Source: an uncultured Nitrospirota bacterium
GTDB lineage: Bacteria > Nitrospirota > Nitrospiria > JACRHA01
Reading direction: 5' to 3'
Assembly (NCBI GenBank): GCA_964481895.1
Contig: CAYZUL010000006.1
Span: forward strand, 1-60,066
DNA: 60,066 nt
Part shown: positions 58,675 through 60,066 of the stretch, piece by piece
Layout of the letters: each line of letters starts with the position of its first letter
How positions within the stretch are numbered: the first letter of the stretch is position 1
Translations under genes and position numbers: made by a program
Notes under the pieces: model-generated
Told to the model about the DNA's origin: nothing
What the model saw: the letters and a program-made list of their open reading frames with translations, nothing else
Databases searched by the model: none

Positions 58675-58690
58675 GATATTATGGAGAGAT

Positions 58691-59725
58691 GTGAAGGATA
58701 AACCGATCATAGGGATAACAATAGGCGATCCCGCAGGGATAGGCCCTGAGATAGCAGCCAAAGTATTTATGCGTGATGAGATCTACCAGGTCTGTTCGCC
58801 TCTTATTATAGGCGACCTCTTGGTAATGGAGAATGCAGTCAGATCCTTTGCGCCGGGCCTTGAGATAAGCAGCATAGAGAAAGCGGAGGATGTGCGTTGC
58901 AAACTGGGAAAGATAGAAATCCTTGACCTTAAGAATGTTGATATATCAGTACTTAAGTCTGGTATGCCAAGCAGGATGTGCGGAATAGCCATGATGGAGT
59001 ATATCAGCCTTGCTGCAAAGCTGGCTTTGGAGGGGAGGATCGATGCCATAACAACTGCCCCTATTAATAAGGAGGCTATTGCCCTGGCCGGGCTAAAATT
59101 CCCCGGACATACAGAGTTCCTTGCCGATATCTCGGGGGCAAAGTGTTTTGGCATGATGATGGTTGGAGGAAATCTCAAGATTATGCTGGTGACCATCCAT
59201 GAGGCACTAAAGGATGTCCCATCACTGATAAACAGGGAAAGGGTACTAAGCGCCATAAGGCTCTCCCATAGGGCTGCAGTCGACTATTTTGGAATAACGA
59301 GGCCCCGGATCGGGATAGCAGGTCTTAACCCCCATGCCGGAGAAGGGGGTCTATTCGGACATGAGGAGAAAGAAGAGATCCTGCCTGCCGTAATTCAGGC
59401 GAGGGAGGAGGGCATAGATTCATCAGATCCTGTGCCGCCCGATACATTATTCCATAGGGCATATATTGGAGAATATGATATCATTATTGCCATGTATCAT
59501 GATCAAGGTCTGATCCCCCTTAAGATGCTGGCCTTTGGCAGGGCCGTAAATGTTACAATAGGGCTTCCCTTTATCCGGACATCTGTAGATCACGGAACAG
59601 CATATGATATCGTCGGCAAGGGATTGGCAAGTCCGGAGAGCATTATGGAGGCTATCAGGCTTGCAGCAGAGATGGCGAAAAAAAGATCAGCAATAAGACC
59701 CGATAGATTTAAGCAGACATCCTGA
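58691..59725 (+). CDS. pdxA: 4-hydroxythreonine-4-phosphate dehydrogenase family
   Basis: [40 protein letters not shown]. Confidence 0.93.
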   Translation: MKDKPIIGITIGDPAGIGPEIAAKVFMRDEIYQVCSPLIIGDLLVMENAVRSFAPGLEISSIEKAEDVRCKLGKIEILDLKNVDISVLKSGMPSRMCGIAMMEYISLAAKLALEGRIDAITTAPINKEAIALAGLKFPGHTEFLADISGAKCFGMMMVGGNLKIMLVTIHEALKDVPSLINRERVLSAIRLSHRAAVDYFGITRPRIGIAGLNPHAGEGGLFGHEEKEEILPAVIQAREEGIDSSDPVPPDTLFHRAYIGEYDIIIAMYHDQGLIPLKMLAFGRAVNVTIGLPFIRTSVDHGTAYDIVGKGLASPESIMEAIRLAAEMAKKRSAIRPDRFKQTS

Positions 59726-59918
59726 CTACATTTGTTGCCTGAGGGCCTTTTCCCCCAGATGTGACATCAAACTCCACTGTTTCCCCCTCTTTTAATGTCC
59801 TGAATCCTTCGCCCTGCACTGCGGAGAAATGGACAAAAACATCGTTGCCATCCTCAAGTGTTATAAAACCGAAACCCTTCCTGTCATTAAACCACTTAAC
59901 TGTCCCAACACTTTTCAT
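59709..59918 (-). CDS. csp: cold-shock protein
   Basis: [27 protein letters not shown]; GGAGG RBS. Confidence 0.97.
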   Translation of the reverse strand: MKSVGTVKWFNDRKGFGFITLEDGNDVFVHFSAVQGEGFRTLKEGETVEFDVTSGGKGPQATNVVRMSA

Positions 59919-59966
59919 AAGATACCTCCATGAAGATATCGATAGGAAACAGATAAAGATGCTGGT

Positions 59967-59995
59967 TTTTTAACATAACCACATAGTATTGTCAA
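59967..59995 (-). promoter_or_regulatory. sigma70-type promoter for csp
   Basis: TTGACA-17nt-TAAAAA with TGn extension. Confidence 0.45.
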
Positions 59996-60012
59996 GGAGG
60001 GGTTGTGCCACA

Positions 60013-60066
60013 TGTCGGTAGCATATGAAATGTCCGCCTCTTGTAGCAAGTGAAATGTCCGCTTGG
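60013..60066 (+). mobile_element. probable terminal end of an insertion sequence (TGT-ended, tandem sub-terminal repeats)
   Basis: Starts TGTC; 20-bp direct repeats GTAGCATATGAAATGTCCGC (60018-60037) and GTAGCAAGTGAAATGTCCGC (60043-60062); runs off the window. Confidence 0.6.

Overview
60 kb of a Gram-negative bacterial chromosome; gene order and content suggest Nitrospirota or a Desulfobacterota-like lineage (inference, not tested). 1-3.0 kb is a decayed accessory patch: an attC-like remnant, N- and C-terminal RAYT (Y1/HUH) transposase remnants bounded by a GGGACGTT motif, an Ig-like secreted protein and msrA. 3.2-6.8 kb is a sulfur-relay operon (ThiS-like, MoeB, ThrC-like, MoaD/CysO-like, NIL, second MoeB). 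Next come two vapBC pairs, nfnAB plus an fdhE-like gene, an unknown membrane-anchored repeat protein and tRNA-Leu(CAA). 13.3-37.7 kb is a large envelope cluster: bamA-skp-lpxD-fabZ-lpxA-lpxI-gnnA-like-lpxB-msbA-DUF374-waaA-lpxK-lpxL-waaF-gmhB-waaC-like, then glycosyltransferases and waaL. The rest is der, nadK, speD-speE-decarboxylase, pyrD, miaB, mtaB, yicC-remA-gmk-rpoZ-coaBC, TPR plus roadblock, aroQ-efp-accB-accC-thiE-pdxA, a csp gene and a probable IS end. Best leads: (1) a structured leader with an in-frame 26-codon uORF before speD; (2) a DUF374/LpxJ-like acyltransferase split at an A10 run with a 3' hairpin; (3) a modular GTAGATACCC-linked palindromic element inserted in frame in a heptosyltransferase and also found at two stop codons; (4) the two-carrier/two-E1 sulfur-relay operon with ThrC-like and NIL genes; (5) the repeat protein with a sigma54-like upstream region. 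All calls are by eye; no database searches were run.
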